Positions 32,689 through 46,752 of a stretch of 64,000 nucleotides of DNA are shown here, one piece after another; the stretch's first letter is position 1, and each line of letters starts with the position of its first letter. A model generated the notes under the pieces. The model ran no database searches, was not told where the DNA came from, and saw only the letters and a program-made list of their open reading frames with translations. Position numbers and translations under genes: made by a program. This DNA is from Chrysomallon squamiferum (taxonomy: Eukaryota; Animalia; Mollusca), in assembly GCA_012295275.1 (NCBI GenBank), contig CM022665.1:32674001-32738000 (forward strand). The letters are read 5' to 3'.

Positions 32689-35600
32689 AAAATGAAGAAT
32701 AACAATGTGCAATAAAATGGAGTACTGCATATGTTTTTAATCCTAGAAAATAATTATTGCTTTTAGTAATAAACATACATAAAATATACCGGTCCATCCC
32801 GATACACAAATCCACACAAGATAATCTGTAAGCACAAAATTTTGAAAAAGAAAAAGAAAATATCTATTTGGAATCATAGGGGAGAAAATTAAAATAACAA
32901 AATTAGCATTTATATTCCAAAACACGCAAGATAAATTTACCATTTTTCATAAGTGAAAACAGATAGACAAAATACCACACACACACAAACACACAGTGAA
33001 TTAGAAAAACATTAAATTAAATTTAAATTATTATTTCTTTGACACCAGACTTATGTGAAACAGTGTATAGGCTGTATTATTTATGAACATTTGAAATACT
33101 GTGTAGTAGAGAGCATTGGCTGCATTTAGTCCACATTTCTCGTAAATCTGTGATAGGTGTCTTGTTGGTGTTGTTAATAGTACTTAGTGTTTTTATAGCC
33201 AAAATGAGAGACAGTCTTCATTCCACTCATCTGTTGTTGTTCTACACATTCATATTCATTTATTATTTTGTACATTTTAAGTTACACCAGAAACCACGAT
33301 TTTGTCTTTTAAAGTATAACTAGTGAGTAAAATTTATTATGCATAATATAATACTATGTGTAAAATGTATTGTTTTTTAAGCACATTGTGTAACTTGAGC
33401 AACGTGATTTGTAGTATCTACAAACACTGTGCAAACTGTACTTAAAATTAGACCATTTGTCATGATGACAAAGTTTTCTAGTCTTGTAGGTTGTGATACA
33501 TTTTCTATCTATTTGTTAATTAAGAATTTATGACTTGTTAGAAATAGAAGACTGATTTCATTACAATACAAACATTTGGGTAAAGCTGAGCTTTGTAATA
33601 AAATGAAAACTTTCAAGTTTAATGCCTGCTTTTTTTTTGCAGTTTATTTAATGGTGCATTTTTGTATAGAAGACAAGAAAAAAAATAATATCAGTAATTA
33701 TAATTTATTGATATTATGAGAAAATCATCCTCCAGAAACAATATTAATTTATTTGTACTCAATGTATTTACTTGGTTCTTTAACAATTAGTTTATTTATA
33801 CCCTGAAAAGAACACTGTATATTGAAACAAAAAGTATTCAGTTCAAATATGTTGTATACATCATAAAAAGCAACCCATTTAGTATACATAGGTGTACACA
33901 GATAATAGTTTTCCAGCAATTGCTGTATTTCTGGCAAATAGTGCTACCTAAAAAATTTTTTTAAAAAAAATACCAATTTTGTGAAATGACCTAATACTTA
34001 AAATTTGTTTTCAGTTAGGACATTCTTTGTTTTTATCAGACTATATCATGAAGGCAAAATAGCTAAACAAAGAATCATAAGTTTTCAACAGTTCTTAGTA
34101 GTTTAAACACACCTTCAGCTTATGAATGTAATAGCATGTTTATTAGTTAATTCCATTCTTTGTTTGACGTGGCACTTTTTTACTGTGTTCATTTTCAGGA
34201 AAAACTTTTGTCTGTCATTTCTTGTTTTGATGATTCAAGTGTTTGTTATTTTAACATGAAAGGAGACTAGTTTTAATACCTGTCTTGCATTTTATCAGTT
34301 TTACTTCTGTTTATTTTATTTATTTATTTTTATTTTATTTTCCTTCACAGATTAAACGTTTAACATTTTTATCAGTTTTTAAAATTTATTTTAGTGCTTT
34401 TCACTCTCTTATTTTCACTTTGAATTTTATTTAGAAATATGTATTGTATAAAATTTTCCACAATTTTAATGACATTCTTTTTATTTTTCAGTCTGTTTAG
34501 CAGAAAATAACATTTGTTAAGTATTTGTTAACATTTGCATATTAAATTTACATTATATGTATCTGCCATATTTGTATTTCACAAGTCCTAGTATTACAGG
34601 CATTTTGTTTTCATACATTATTTATTATATCCTCTACATTTCACATTTCTTTTCCAGTCAGGAAAGTTATTTCTCTAAAAATCATTAAAATAAAGGTTTA
34701 AACACAAAACTAAAGTATGTACAAAATTAAAGAAAAGAAAAAAATGTTATATATTTTAATTTATAAAATTTTATAATTGCATAAATAGTTAGCCCTATGG
34801 TTTATATGAAATTTTCTTTGGTTGATGAGCAAGTATTCTGCAAAAAAAATTAAAAAATATAATTTTATTTGTACATGGCTTGGTATTTCAAGACTTAAAA
34901 TAATTTTTTTTAAAAAGAGATTTTTACCATCGTACTATGTTTTAGAAATAATAATAATAAAATCTGCTACTCAAAAATTTCAGTTGGATTTTCCAAAAAC
35001 TTTTTACCAGATGGGCATACTCATTCAGGATGTTTTGCCCATAGAGAATAATTTAATCTATAAGTAGGAAACGATGCATGAAGAGAAACACAGTTTTGAA
35101 TAGTTTTAAAATGATTAAATACTTTGTCAACATTGTTGTTCTCTACAGTATTTTTGGTTACTGGGCATTAGTAAATATTTATTTGTTAGAGAATAGTTCG
35201 ATTCATACTGTTTAGAGAAATTATAGATTTCACAGGCAGCATATAGAAAAGGAACAATTTATCTTAATTTATTATGCTAAATGTGTTTTGTCATTGTTAA
35301 CAATTTCAGTTTGGGAGATTGTTATACAATAAATTTGGATTTTAATGGAAAAAAAAACTACATTTTCTTCATTTTGTAAAAACTGAACATCATAGAACAG
35401 TTAAAACAATCGACTGTTTTTTATGTGTGTGTAAAACCAACATGCACATTAATTATTTAAAGAATAAAATTACTTTTTTTTTGAAAAGTTTTAAAGTTTA
35501 CTTTGATAATTTTCTTTTTGTAGACCAATTTTTATATTGTGCAAATCATTTGATGTCTTTGCTTGATAGATACACAGCCTTGAAAAACAAAACCTCTTGG

Positions 35601-35843
35601 ACAACATTCATCAAAGCAATAAATGTTTTATCTTCTTGTGACTACTGTTCACATTTCTTCAGTTATTAGCTTGATCATTCTAATTTATACTAAACAGATT
35701 TCTTGATATTAAATTTGTCTCAGTTAAAGTTACTTTATATATTATGCACATTACCACAAATTAGAAGCTAAATCCAAGCTCTAAGAATGTTATTTCAACC
35801 TCCTTTACCACATGTAGTACTGACTAATTTTATGACAAGGTTT

Positions 35844-35863
35844 AATAAAACCATTATTTTATT
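35844..35863. terminator. Candidate opposing poly(A) signals of the macrodomain gene (+) and REPS1 (-)
   Basis: AATAAA at 35844-35849 on + and TTTATT at 35858-35863. Strand composition appears to flip here. Confidence 0.3.
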
Positions 35864-38800
35864 CAAACATTTGCAAATTTATCTTACTCAAAGGAGCTTA
35901 GAACACGACACAATTTATATTTACTACTGTTACTACTGTTTCTTCCACTATTACTGATACCACCACCACTACTGTTGCTATTATAATGTTATTACTACTA
36001 CTACTACTACTAATTCCAGTGTTATTCATGTTCTTCTTTAATTATCTGATATTTTAATTTCTGAATTAACTGACCCAATAATCTCACACTACTAATTTTA
36101 TTGTTCCTACAGGACAAGTTTGCCCTACTAATGACTGACCATTACCAAAACAGGAATAAATCTGTTACATTACTTTATATTTTAAGAATATTATTTAAAT
36201 ATGGGAAAAATCTAAATTATTTTTGAGTTCATGTTTTAAATTAATGGATGATAAGGACCTGTTATTTCAATATAATGCATTTACTTACATGAAAAAAAGA
36301 AAAAGAAATCAAAAGTCTTACCATATCACCTTTAATGTCACTGGTTTTTAGAACAATAGCATTATGTTGAGTTGGTAAAGTGGAGGAACAGGTTAGGGAC
36401 TGGGTCTTTGTGAGTAAATATTTTACACATAATAACATAATACTGACAAGCTGAAATTGTTCTGTACAGATCACTGAATGCTATATTTTTATTTAAATCT
36501 CAACCTAGCCTTGTCCAGAACACATACTGTACACATATATATACATACTATTTACATGTTCTAAATTTACATCAGTGTACTAGGCAAATACAGACATATA
36601 CAGTATCTTACAATATTGAATATTTTATTTACAAACATTTAGGACTTTCAGAAATGATCAATGGAATGGACAATGGAAGAATTAACTTTTTTTATTTGCT
36701 CTTGTCTCTCATTATTTCTTTTCACTGCTGCTACAATTAATTAACCATTACCCCGCCTACATGATCATTTCTTGAAATTTCCTTGATATTTGGAATTTAC
36801 AAATATGTTATGCGTAAGCAGGAATAAGAATAGACTTGTTTTTAGAATACTACCAAGGCATTACATATTTGATAAGAATGTTGAATAAATAATAGTTTTT
36901 GAATTATTAATAGTAATGATAAAATGAATAACATATATATATGAAGTGCATTGAAATAATAATGCTTTTAACTAAAAATAAGTGTTTTCTGTTCACAAAA
37001 TGTTTACAACTGTATGCACTTATTTTTAATGATAATGTATTCATTTATGCAGTTTATTTTGCTCATCTATGTACTAAAAGCTATCCAATATTACTTTTTT
37101 CAAGTTTTAATTATTATTATTATTTTTAAATTCTAATTCAAAATATTTCTATCCTCAAACCAACAAATAAACATCTTCACAAAGACTTTTTCTAACATTT
37201 TAAGACCTTATATAAGGTTAAGAAAAAGGATTTTTTTGAGTTTTTTGTTTTGTTTTGTTTTGTTGCAAAAGCATCACAGTCAAAAAGATAAGTCTAACTT
37301 AAAAAGACATTCACTGATTGAAATGTATAAAATAATATCACAACCACAAAATAGGACAATTATATGGAGATGCATTATGGTGGTATAAACAAATACTTAA
37401 GTGTATTTTACACACATTCCAAGTTTTTTTCTTCATCACCTATCTTTGCTCATAATAAAATATGACAAAGTTTTTATTGGATAATAGCATTCCCCATTAT
37501 TTTGAATGGTTCTTCATACTTAGAAATGTTAAAATTCTTGATAGACTTAGGATTAATCCCCAACATCTATTAATGTTTTCTCTCTTTTTTTCATAAATAA
37601 TATTTCTACGAATAAAATTGGAACAAATCAAAAAAAATCTTGCACATGGTAATGTCTATAAATCACTTCAGGCTTGTTATTTTATTGTCATATGTTATCG
37701 TTAACAAGGATAGGTCTCCAAAAAATTAACACCAAAAAAATCACATGGAAACAGATGTGCATAAAAAGTAACTAATCCATTTGACAATACCACCACATAT
37801 GCACAAAAGGAAATAAGGCTCATTAAAAGAATAATCATGAATTCTTATAATTTCAAAACATGATCCCTTACTAACTGCAAGAAATGGATCAAGAAAGGCA
37901 GCATCAAAGAAAATGGGTAAGGGAAAATATCTAGAAATTTTCTTTCATAAATTTAAATACTTGGAAATTTTCAGAAGGTTTAGATGAACCTGAGAACCAC
38001 AGAAATGGGAAAAGCAAAGCTTCCAGACGTGATGTTTTATTAATAGTTATGCCACATGAAATCTGACAATATTATTACTAAATATTATGCAATTCTTATT
38101 CAACAAAATTTAAAAAGTTATATTTTTTTAAATTGAAATTATTAATAGATTTTAGCAATTTTTTTTCATATAATTAATTACTTGCCAATCATACATTTTC
38201 TCCTCTGTTGATTTTAATGAAATGAACAGTATGATTTTTATCCAATACAATATAGATACAGTACATTTTTTATCTAATACAATATAGATACAGTACATTT
38301 TTTTTATAATCAACCAGTGAATCATAATACTAACATTCAAGTATTAAATTAATTAAACAAAATTTAAAAAAAACAAACAAAAAAAACATCCATTTGAACA
38401 TGGATGGTGACTTTAAGAGTACAAGTTTAAGTCAAAGAATATACAATTATTCAGATCAAACTGATTTACAAAACATTGTGACCACTGTCAAATGAGTATT
38501 TTTCCAATAACCACACAACAAAGAAAATGTATATATTAACATTTTCAAACTCACACTTCAGGATCACTCCCTGTATAATTTACCTATTTCTCACAGAAAT
38601 ATACACTGCAGTGGTAAAGTTTTTATATAATAATTACATGCAGAGATACATGGTAATGTATCCATCTTACAAACCCTGTTATCTGAATCTGACAATCAGT
38701 ATTTGTTCTTGGTTTTGTTTCTTGAATGCCATATGAAACAATGACAAAATCTCCCCTTTTCTGAAATCATAATCATGCAGACTTAAATCATAAATAACTG

Positions 38801-40066
38801 GGACAGCATACACCTATTTTCATTCAATATTATTATCATTACAAATTATTAATTCTAGCAATTTAATCAATGAATAAACAAATAATCCTCAAAAAACAAT
38901 ATCAATCATTTTATAAATGATCACACATGTAAAGAAAAAATACAAATAAATACAGTATATTATCAGATATTACTGTTGTTAACTGGTTTTATAAAACATT
39001 TTATAATTTAATATTTTAAGCCATATATTATCATCATCATTAATGTTATTAATTTCTAATTAATTTATAGTTATCCTCATCATCATTTTTCATTATGAAT
39101 AACAACTGCCAGTATTAATATTTATACAGATACATTATTTATTTCTACAAGACCTATGATCCTAACAAGATCATGACAATACAAATGATTTTAAATGTTA
39201 GTAAATACAGAAATAATATTAAGTTGTGCATATTTTTATTAGTTACTAATGCTGAACTGTGCAAGGTTGAGATATTAATGCCAATAGTTTTTCTGACTAG
39301 TGCAAGATTTAATGTAATTACATCTATACATTGTACAGATGAGACATTATTCTTACATAATCAACAATTAAATAAACAAAATTCTAAAACAGAAGCAAAA
39401 TAAATTTTCACTGAAAAAAAAAAATCTTCTTTTTTCTTATCTCAAAAAAGGATTCACATTTTTGTAATCTAATAATTTTGTTATACTTTACAAAATTTTA
39501 AAATAAAAAAAAGAAGAAAATAATGGTTAGCAACAATGATCAAGCAAAACATAAACTTCAGCTTTAAAACCAATGTCAGTAAGATAGGAATACTTATTTG
39601 AAGAAGATTGGCACCAAGTAGTTAATAATGTATCTGTCATTACAGAACTATTACTTTATGACTTAACTTTCAAATAAAAAGTGTACAGTACTTTAAACAC
39701 TTTCTCACACTACCTGTAAACAGTAAGTCTATTTTTTCATTCCATCAAAACATCCGAATACTTTGTCAAAACAGTTTTTCTTGTTCTCCATCAAAACATC
39801 TCTGCTTATTTGTTCCTGTTCTCAATCAGATTCCATCAATAAAAAACTGTTCTTGTATTATTAAAACCTCTACTCTTATTCCATAAACACAGGGGTTTTT
39901 TTTATTCAATCAAAACATATATTAAAAGCAATCATCTGGAGATTTTACACATATCCTTCCAACTTTTAGTGCCATTTTAATTTAAAAGCTGAGGAATCCA
40001 AAAAACATTCTTACTGAATTTAACCCCAAAACAACAAAAATAACATTAACAACAACAACAATAATG

Positions 40067-40098
<32 letters not shown>

Positions 40099-41164
40099 AA
40101 TAAATAAAAAATAAAATAAATTTTCTGTATGGATTCTTAAAAGTGAATTGGATTCACTTTCTGTCTATTTAAAGAATTCTGAAAACGTAAATTCTTACTA
40201 CAACATTTACTAAATAGACTAGAAAACCAACTATAAATGGAGTTCAGATGTAAATTCTTACATAACAGTTTGCCTGTATAATATTACTGGAGATCATATA
40301 CAAATATTTTGATGACACTGATAGAGTGAGCATAACAGATCTAAGTCTTTAGACATCAATAAAATTCCTGCCATTATAATTTATACTGAAATTAACATTT
40401 GAAATAACTGTCCTTTGATTCCAGGACATAGTAATTATTAACTTTGTACTAGTTAATACTAACTTTATGTCACATAATTAGAAATAAACAATTATGAAGT
40501 ATATATATTTTTTCAAAACAAAAAAATTTAATTATGTAAACATCATACTTTTATATTTAGAGTGTTAATGAATGTCTCGAAATCATTATTTTAATTATCT
40601 TATCTCTGTAGTAAATTATGAATAATTTTAATACATATTAGTTAATGTGTATAACATCATGATAAGTTAATGATAATATATGAACTAAAATGTATGTTGT
40701 TTATGGATTTTTGCGTAAAAAATGTAATCAATAACAATCTAAACTCAAGCTCCTGAAGAACGCCATAACTGAAATATCAAAGTTACAATCTTATGAATTT
40801 CACCAAGAAGCTAAAACCTAAAAATCCTTTGTGAAACCTACTCAAAAAATACAATACACAATCAACCAGTTCCTAGGAATATTAATTTTTAAATTATTCT
40901 TATTCCTTACAAACTTTTCTCCAAAACAAAACAGAAAACAATACAAAGAAATAGAACAATTTCCAGGAACCAATTTAGCACTAGATCAATACAAATTATT
41001 TTTTAAGAATTAAAAAAAATAAAAAATAAAAATTTAATCATTCTGGTCAGAAGCACTGTATTTTTAATCAACAGCCAGGGCATTTTTTGTCTTTGTTTTT
41101 ATAAAGAAGCAAAAAACACACCCAGGCCATGTTTCTTTTTACTTTTTCATTGCTTGGCTCAACA

Positions 41165-44100
41165 CTAGCTGGAGAATGGTCGCAGGTGTTCCAGCTGAAT
41201 CTCTAATGCTATTCTCTGTTCCATCACTTCTTGAAGTTCCTGATTGAGCTCACTGTTCAAACGAGTTAACATTGCATTGCGTTCCTTGTGTGTCCTTACT
41301 GCCATTGTGAGCTCTCGTTTATCACGACTGACTTGTCTGAGTAAATAAATGAAATATAAAGATTTAAAAACCAATGATAAAATACTATAAACAATAATTA
41401 TATCAAGAATTTCAAAAAAAAAAAAAAAAATCAGATGAATTCACTGAAGAAACACAAACAAAAAGTAAAGATTAATGAATAATAATCAAATTAAAGTTAA
41501 AATAATCCAATAGTGAAAGACATTAAATAAAGATTAGTTTATTTTGAAAGAGAAAATTTTAATATAATAATATAAAATTAAGGGGATTTAGAAACAAAAC
41601 CAAAAAGGTCCTAGATAAATTCATTAACATTATAACATTTATAAATCAATGTCTTTTTTTATTATTTATGATCATTGTTATTCTGACATATTTACTTTAA
41701 AGATATAACTTGTTGAGGTATTAAGTAATAGAAACTGAACTAAGATTTCAAGCATTTCAAGGACAATTCTTATTAGAAGCTATTCTAACTCATTTTGATC
41801 AAGATTTAAAAAACAAACTCATAGAAACGAAAAAAGATTGAAAGAAGAATTTTTTTATCATCATGATTTATTATCATTTTCATGTATTAAACAATGGCTA
41901 AGGTGATAAACATAATATGTTACTCACCTCTGCATGTTATTTGACATCCTCCCTGGGGATATTTCTTGATCTATTCCAGAAGCACTAACATCCTACAACA
42001 ATGAATATTTATTTTTTATAACATACACATTGATACATTTCTATAACCAACATTAACAGATCTAATAATAAACAATTAATCTTTTCAGTTGTTTAGTGAC
42101 TTTAATGATTTTGACCTGTAGTGATTGCTTTGTTATCACAGTAACTGAGTTTATAACAGAATATCAGATGTATTACATAATATTTTCAACAGTCCAGTAC
42201 CACATCTACTTATTGTGTACTTCTTGAGTTCACATTTTTGTAAATACAATAAAGATTAAATATGAAGTGAATTTATGGATTATATTCATTCATAATTATG
42301 ATCAAAACTTTCTCAAGTTTATTACTAAATTATTTATGTAAATTATGGATCAGATCTTTAATTAGAAACAAACCATCTTTAATTAGATCAGATCTTTAAT
42401 TAGAAAAACCCTCATCACAGTGAAATGAATGTCATTATAAATAAAGTATCAGTTGGCTAAAACAGCGTAATAATAAACAATGAATTTATTCAGTATAATA
42501 CAATTCTAGAATTATGACTAAGACAAACTCTTTGCCATTTCTTGCATATATTATCTTTATTTCTCCATCATACTGTATATTAAATTGTAATAACACTGTG
42601 ACAAAATGTTATGTTACCTTCTTTTCAGTTGAAACAGAAGGGACAAAAGAATCAGCAGAGAAATCTGAAAAAAATTCAAATAATAATAAATTAAATAAAT
42701 AAATAAATAAATAAAAATACACATGTGTATGGGTTTGTAAAGAAATATATACTGAACAAACAAACTGAATATACTACTTGAAAAAAATGTCTATACATTT
42801 TATGAATAAATAACGAAGATATTTATAAACAACAATCTTCATTTATGTGTTTAAAATTCAAGATACAGATTTATTGAATTTTGTTTTAGTCATAAAAATC
42901 AATTAAGAATAATATTAAATTAAAAAAATAAAATAAATTGTCATTTAGTAGCACCTACAAAATTGTAAGTTCTTCATGTCGTAAAGGTTTTTAAATAAAG
43001 TTTACTCAGCTAGATGTTTCTTGGGTTAATAAAAATATCTTACCACCACCAGCAGTAACTAAATCGTTGGACAGCTGAAAGTATAAACAAAATAAAAATT
43101 ACACATAAACAGACTAGATTCCAAAAACTGTAAATATATTTTGCTACCACAATTTTCTCTACATATAAAATGAGTAGAAAACATAATAAAATATAATAAC
43201 CATTATTTTTTTTTTTATTGTTTAAAACCAATAATAAGTTTGTATTTAATTTGTATCTGTTGTGATAAATTAAAACTCACAACTAATATAATTACTAATA
43301 AATTCAAATATTAATCAAGGCATTTTACACTGCTGAGAAACAACTGCTGCTGGGATTTAAATTTTCAAAGATATTTCATTAAAGAATTTCATTTATTAAT
43401 CTAAGTTTGAAATTAAAAGCTAATAATGTGTTTTATTTTGAATCATGAAAGTTTACTCTAAAACACTAACTTTGATATTACTTTGTAAGAAATGTATGTA
43501 GAGTATTAAAAATAAAGGTAGAATAGAGAGTTGTTGGTAGAGGTAGGATGTTTGTTCTTTTTTCTCTTTGTTTGTTAACTGTTATTTGCTAAGGAGTAGG
43601 ATGGGATTATTATTATTATTTTTTTTTATTGTCGTTTTGTTTTGTTTTTGTTTTTTTGTTTTTTTATTTTTTTCAAAGATTTATGAAGTAAATTTCAGCT
43701 TCATCTAACAGAAAATGTTTGTACAAGGTTCTAATAAAAATGATTCCCTCTATTAACTCACTGAAACGGTTTCTAATCTGAAATTTCTCTTGAGAAAGAT
43801 AACTGATACTGTTTTATTTCTATAAATTATACCTGTGTTCAAATGTTAGTATCTAAATGGAAAACACAAACAATACTTTTTTTTTTTACTCTTTCATCCT
43901 CTAAGTTATTACTGCTCAAATAAATTTAACAAATTTAAAATTGCAAAAACATCTTAAACATTTTAACTGCAAAAAATTTCATTAACATAAATTAAAGTAT
44001 ACTCTGTTACAACATCCATGTTTTCAGCTAAAAGCAGCTGAAAGCCTCACTGAAATCAACAAAATATATATATCTTATTAGTGAAAGAACAAATGGATGG

Positions 44101-46688
44101 ATGGATGGATGGATAGCTTGATGGCTAACTGTATGGATGAACTGATGAATAAATGAATGAATTGATGAATGGATGATAGATGAACTCAAAATACTGGGAA
44201 TTTTGGGGTAAATTTACATTCTGCTTAATCCAATCTCAAGACAGATTTCTGACTAGGAAATAACATTTGAAGTAAGAATAGATTTTTTTTCTTCTTTGTT
44301 TTCTCAGAGCACCAGGAACAGAACTGTATCAACAATTATACCCACAAACCTCTAACATATTCACTCCAAACAAAAGTAAAATTAGGTGCAAAAGTTAGGA
44401 ATATCAATTAATAAAATGTGCTTTAAATTAATGCTCATGTGCCAGAAGGACAAACAAAAATATTAGTAATGCCACTGTCTATAAAACGTTATATTTTAGT
44501 ATCTGTTGAATATCTTTATTCTTTAATAATGTCAGTGTTTATTGTTATTATTTTGTTTAAGAATATTCAAAAATGTTTCATTCATTTTTTTTCTTTTTTA
44601 ATTTATACTTTGGATAAACTATAACAGTAGTAGTAGTAGCAGTAGCAGTAATAATAATAAAAACAAGAAACACATAAAAAATCATTCCAAACTTTTGCAC
44701 AATAATTAACCAAATTATAAGAAAAAGTTATTGTTAAGTCATGCAGTGTCCAGTTTGAACCAACTAAATTTATTCTAGTGTTGTGAGAACCCTAAACCAT
44801 CTCAGTAATTCTCACCAATTTCTTATAATCTAAAGAATAACATCTTCTGTGCCTGTCTCGTGGAGATCTCCCTAAAACTTTTTTAGACTGCAAACAAATG
44901 TAAGCAAAATGGATGTTATTAACTACAATGATAAATGAATAGTTATAAAATCTGAGAAATAAATTGAAAACTTTAACACAGTCATTGCTTTATTTTAACT
45001 AAATTTATAAAAAAAAATTATTATTGTAGAGAATATATATACTCTAATGTAGCTGTAGATCAAGGAAAAGTAATACAAGATTATACCGCAAATATTGTTG
45101 TTGTTCTTAAATTAAATCGTAATTTTCTTATAAAATATGTTTAATTTTATAACAGTTTATAACAGTTTTTGCAAGAAGTCAAGATCTCTAAAAAAAAAAA
45201 AAAAAAATGTTGTGAAATAATGGTGGAATGGAAAATTTCTCAGTGGTTTCTTTTCACTTAGTTGTGAAATAAAGAATTCATTTTTAATAGTATATGCTGA
45301 AATGCTACAACCAAATGTTATATTTGTATTTTTTATGAAGGTATCAAATATTATTAGAAATAATTTTAGTACTTTATAAATATCTGCTTTCATCCATGTG
45401 TTAAGGAAAAAATATATATTTATTCATGCCTATTACAAACAAATCATTAGCTGCCACCAAGAAGAGAACAGGTTTACTGAGTAAGTATAACCATGATAAA
45501 TAATTAAAATAGCCAACAAATCCCAGTGCCTGTTATAAGGTGTATAAAAATACTAAAAACCATTTTAGCACACCTTTGGAAAAATTTATTAATACTGTAT
45601 TTATCAGCTGTTTTTCTTCTTCTTTGAAGTAAACTGTAATATGAGCTGGTCAGTAATAAAAAGCTATATGAAAATATATTTATTACTAAATATATATTCT
45701 TTAAAATGGCATATGCAGCTAAAAAATAATGTACACCCTGATAAAATACATACTGTATTATAAAATTCTTGTTAGATGTAATCTACACTCTGCAGCAAAA
45801 TAGTTATAAAAACAAGCAGATATTATGAAAGCTCAAAAATTGCACAAACCTGATTTGTTATCAGGGAATCACTCTGCTTTGTATCAATAAAAGATACAGA
45901 CTTTTCTGATAGTTCTACTGCACCGGTTCCTCTCAAATCAGCCAGTTTACGTGCTGGAGCCTGGATGTGAATGTGGGAAAAACATGAATATACAATGTAA
46001 ATTTTAAACTAAAATAATTTTTCAAAATAATAAATCATTTTTATTTTTATTTTATTATTATTTTTTTTTTTTTGACCAAAATCCCACTAACAAAAATTAA
46101 AACATTTACTGAAAATTAAATTAATACTTGCAAATTTTATTAATGAAATAAAAATATTTTAAAAAATTCAATTATAACATTTACAAAAATTAAATTACCA
46201 AATAAAATTAACAATGGTCAATTTTGTTTGACTTATGAATAACGAGCAAGTCTGTTAAGCTATTTAGTAAAAAAAAAAAAAAAAAAAAAGAAGACAAGAA
46301 ACATCTTGTTAATTATTTGTAAATTATAATTACATCTTTTGGAGATACCCTTGGTGGCACTGCAGGAGGAGGTAATAATGATGACTGACCTAAAATAAAC
46401 AGCAGATAAAACATTTTTAATTACATGATTTTTTTCCCCCTTTCTGTGAAAAAAACAACAATATTAATATTAGTCTGAAGTTAATAAGATCTTGAAGCAA
46501 ATAAGAACACAATATTATGAATATATTTTAATTTATTAACACCAAATGAACAGTAACAAAGCTGCTTCTGTTTTTGTTTTATAGTCTATCAACATACCAA
46601 ACTTCATTCATATTAAGGGGAGAAGCTAGGCAAAAAACCAAAACCGTTATTTTTTGTGTTATAGAATTGGAACTTGATGGAAATATTC

Positions 46689-46752
<64 letters not shown>

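Noticed and set aside
43995-44055. Possible extra REPS1 micro-exon ([11 protein letters not shown])
   Set aside because: The available donor gives a phase incompatible with its neighbours; the model is in frame without it.
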